A DNA stretch of 64,000 nucleotides from the NCBI GenBank assembly GCA_963668695.2, contig CAXXLQ010000004.1, forward strand, positions 1-64,000. The letters run 5' to 3'. A model generated the notes under the pieces. The model was not told where the DNA came from. It did not search any database and saw nothing but the letters and a program-made list of their open reading frames with translations. Below, piece after piece: positions 61,191-64,000 of this stretch. Position 1 is the first letter of the stretch; each line of letters starts with the position of its first letter. This DNA is from Vicinamibacteria bacterium. GTDB taxonomy: Bacteria > Acidobacteriota > Vicinamibacteria > Marinacidobacterales > Marinacidobacteraceae. A program made the translations under genes and the position numbers.

Positions 61191-61791
61191 GTTCGGTGCG
61201 CACAACGAGCACGTCGTCCGTGGCCTGAAGGGTGCGGAACACTTCGAGCTTTCCCGTCGGCAGCTCCCGGACCTCCCGCACCCGCACGATGCCGCCGCGG
61301 AATTCGGCCGCACTGGTGAATTTCCCTCCACGCCCGTCTTCCCGGACGTGTTCCTCGCCGTCCAGGTAGAGGATCTGGACCCGCTCGTCGAGGACGAGCC
61401 GCAATTCGCCGCCACCCGATTCGATCTCCAGCAGATCCGGCAGGCTCAGCAGGCTGTTTCCACCACCGCCCGGGCCACCGCCGGCCGCCCCCCCGCGCTC
61501 CATGCCGGCCCGGGCCCCCGGTCCCGGGCCGGCCCCGCGGCGGCCGCGGCCGCCTCGCCGTTCGTCGCCGCGCTCCGCCGCCTGCCGCATCACCTCGGCC
61601 GGATCGTCGCTTTCTTCGGGGTCGAGTTCCCAATATCCCGCCAGGAGCGCCAGCTCCTGTCCGGATTCCGGGCCGGATCCGGAGGTCGCCGGCGAGGCGA
61701 GCGCGACGACGGCCACGCACACCAGCAGGGCCGCAAGAGCCGGAGCGGGCGCAAGGCGCGAAATCGTGTCCGGGGAGGCGGAGATCGTCAT
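61129..61791 (-). CDS. Hypothetical exported protein with a Gly-rich linker
   Basis: Signal-like segment, LAGYWELDPEESDD, C-terminal VYRR. Confidence 0.7.
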   Translation of the reverse strand: MTISASPDTISRLAPAPALAALLVCVAVVALASPATSGSGPESGQELALLAGYWELDPEESDDPAEVMRQAAERGDERRGGRGRRGAGPGPGARAGMERGGAAGGGPGGGGNSLLSLPDLLEIESGGGELRLVLDERVQILYLDGEEHVREDGRGGKFTSAAEFRGGIVRVREVRELPTGKLEVFRTLQATDDVLVVRTELKMPRRGDPVLLRSVYRRIP

Positions 61792-61930
61792 TGCGCCGAG
61801 TCTAGGCGCAAGGTCCGTACCACCGGTTTTTTGGCGGCCGGAGAAAGCGGACTTGCCGCGTCCCGGGGTCCGTTTGACCCGGGTTCGGAACCCTCCATAC
61901 AATCACCTCTTCGGAGATGCTGACGCCCCT

Positions 61931-63877
61931 ATGTTGACCCCTGTACGCGTGGGCTTGATCACCGCTGCGGCGATGGTCTTCCCTCTTTCCGCGGTGGCGC
62001 AACCACCGACGAGCCAAGGCACACCGGACCAGCAGGAAGACCCACAGGAAATTCAGGATCGGCTGGCCGATCGGGCGCACCGGATCGCCGCTGAAGGCGA
62101 GACGGCGGGCGAGAAGGCGCGCCGGGCGATCGCCGCCGCGGGCCGGCTGCCGCGCGGCGCGGGCGCCGCCGCCGACCCGGTCAGCCAGGTTCTTCCACGG
62201 CGCACCCTGGTGGACGAGATCCTCGGAGCGCAACAGGAGGCGCTGGGAATCCCCCACGCCGCTCCGAGTTCCGACGCGGCCTTCCTCAGGCGCGCCATGC
62301 TCGACGCCACGGGACTCATTCCCACGCCGGAAGCAATCCGCGCGTTCCTCGCCGACGACCCTCGCGACAAACGGACGCGGCTCGTGGACGAACTGGTGGG
62401 TACGGATGAATTCGCGGAGCAGTGGGCGTGGTTCTTCGGGGATCTCTTCCGCCTCGCCCACCAGGTAGGCGCGGTTCGCAACCCGTTCCAGAGCTGGATC
62501 AAGGAGTGGCTCACCACCGACCGGCCCTACGACGAGGTGGTACGCGACCTCCTCACCGGAGTGGCCAAGGCGCACGGGAGCGTTCCTTCGCTGGCGTTGC
62601 TGGCGCGCTCGCACCAGGTCAAGAGCCGGATCGTCATGGGTCCGGACGACTACTCCATCCACAACCGGCTGGACGCGATCGACCAGTTCAACGTAGACGT
62701 TTCCCGGATCTTCCTTGGCATCAACACCTCCTGCTTCTCCTGCCACGACGGCGCGGCGCACCTCGAGCCAATGAACGAGTGGCTCTCGAAGCGAACCCGC
62801 GAGGAGTTCTATCGGCACTCGGCGTTCATGGGCAATGCCCGGCAGATCACGACCTGGGACGATCGGTCGAAAAACGTGGTGGTGGATCTGCTCGTGGACG
62901 ATCTTGCCAAGGGGTACGACACTGGAAACGACGCGCCGTACCACACCCTCTCCGAGGGACGCTTCCCCCGTCTCGAGGGGCTCGCTTACGAGCCCGCCTT
63001 CCTGCTGACCGGGGAGACGCCCCGCCCGGGGGAGAACCCTCGGGACGAGCTGGCCCGGATGCTCACCGAACACCCGCAGTTCGCGCGCGCCACCGTGAAC
63101 CTGGTCTGGGGCAAGCTGATGACGGTCGCCTTCGTGGAGCCGTACAACGCCTTCGATCTCGACCGGCTGGGACGGCTGGCCGCCGGCGAGGAGGATGCCC
63201 TGCCCCCACGTCCCCTGAATCCCGAACTCATGGACGCGTTGGCCGAGGACTTCCGGCAGAGCGGCTTCAGCTTCTGGCACCTGGTCAAGACGATCATGAA
63301 GTCAGAGACTTACGGCCTGTCGCCCCACTTCGATGGGGACTGGGACGAAGCCTGGACCGGCTACTACCCCCGCCGCTATGTCCGGGTGCTGACCGGGCCG
63401 GAGCTCGTGGACTCGCTGGCGCTCGCCACCGACGTCCCGACGGAGTTCTCGTTCGCCGGAACGACCGTCGGGCGCGTCAAGGAACTCACCACGCCCTCCG
63501 ATCTCGGAGGGCGGCGCGGGCGCGGCGAGGGCGCGGAGGTGGACGCTCTCATGCAGAGCTTCTTCCAGAGCAACCGGATGACCCCGGCGCCGGTCGGGAA
63601 CCGCGGTTCGATCCTGCAGGCGCTGCTCATGATGCAGTCGGGGGTCGTGAACCGCCGGGTTTCCAGCGATTCCGGAGGGCGGGTGGCCGACCTGCTTGCT
63701 TCGGACAAGGCCGACGGAGATTTCGTTAACGAACTGTTCCTGGGGACGCTCGGACGCCTGCCGACGGCGGCCGAAGCGGAACTCGGCGCCGCGCGGCTCG
63801 CCGAGGATCGCCACCAGGGCGCCCAGAACCTGCAGTGGGTGCTCCTCAACTCTCCCGAGTTCCTCCTGAACCACTGA
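61931..63877 (+). CDS. DUF1549/DUF1553 (PSCyt2/PSD1) domain protein
   Basis: FLRR..LD..G..PT, D.PYD..V.DLL, FLG....CFSCH, FARA.VN..W..L, W.LLNS.EF..NH. Confidence 0.9.
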   Translation: MLTPVRVGLITAAAMVFPLSAVAQPPTSQGTPDQQEDPQEIQDRLADRAHRIAAEGETAGEKARRAIAAAGRLPRGAGAAADPVSQVLPRRTLVDEILGAQQEALGIPHAAPSSDAAFLRRAMLDATGLIPTPEAIRAFLADDPRDKRTRLVDELVGTDEFAEQWAWFFGDLFRLAHQVGAVRNPFQSWIKEWLTTDRPYDEVVRDLLTGVAKAHGSVPSLALLARSHQVKSRIVMGPDDYSIHNRLDAIDQFNVDVSRIFLGINTSCFSCHDGAAHLEPMNEWLSKRTREEFYRHSAFMGNARQITTWDDRSKNVVVDLLVDDLAKGYDTGNDAPYHTLSEGRFPRLEGLAYEPAFLLTGETPRPGENPRDELARMLTEHPQFARATVNLVWGKLMTVAFVEPYNAFDLDRLGRLAAGEEDALPPRPLNPELMDALAEDFRQSGFSFWHLVKTIMKSETYGLSPHFDGDWDEAWTGYYPRRYVRVLTGPELVDSLALATDVPTEFSFAGTTVGRVKELTTPSDLGGRRGRGEGAEVDALMQSFFQSNRMTPAPVGNRGSILQALLMMQSGVVNRRVSSDSGGRVADLLASDKADGDFVNELFLGTLGRLPTAAEAELGAARLAEDRHQGAQNLQWVLLNSPEFLLNH

Positions 63878-63896
63878 GGCCCCTGGATGTATCTTT

Positions 63897-64000
63897 ATGT
63901 GTAGTCACGAACCCCGCGTCGCCGACCTCTTCCCGGCTCGCCGGGAAGTCCTGAAACTCGGAGGCTTGGCGCTGGCCGGAACCTTCGCGAACCAGGTCAT
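63897..64000 (+). CDS. 5' end of a Tat-exported protein, probably DUF1501 (truncated by window)
   Basis: MCSHEPRVADLFPARREVLKLGGLALAG; DUF1501 genes typically follow DUF1549/1553. Confidence 0.55.
   Translation, partial: MCSHEPRVADLFPARREVLKLGGLALAGTFANQV

Overview
GC-rich bacterial chromosomal segment. Gene content (DUF1549/DUF1553 and DUF1501-like Tat protein, TolB-like + M28 peptidase, secreted amidohydrolases, DUF3179) suggests an Acidobacteriota/PVC-like organism; this is inference only. About 50 CDS can be supported: lepA, hemW, metG, cofE, npdG, 1-Cys peroxiredoxin, HtrA, Fe3+ ABC, branched-chain-type ABC with two acyl-CoA ligases, tripartite tricarboxylate transporter, SulP, Phd-VapC, PfkB/GH4 and several amidohydrolases. 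I saw no rRNA, tRNA, CRISPR array or intact transposase/integrase. The most unusual content is non-coding and nested in three tiers. (1) Six full copies and one solo end of a ~200-bp MITE with CAGCC...GGCTG termini and 4-bp CTAA/GTAA-type flanks. (2) A 21-nt motif (GCCAGTTCTCCCGGTGGGGGC, about 16 copies) found at six different sites of the MITE scaffold in both orientations, usually adding a net 18 bp. (3) A structured 90-bp unit tandemly amplified 3x and 5x at one fixed site inside two MITE copies. In addition, two integrase-less accessory blocks (about 0.94-3.45 kb and 21.7-37.6 kb) are bounded by duplicated 3' ends of the neighbouring gene. All alignments were done by eye.
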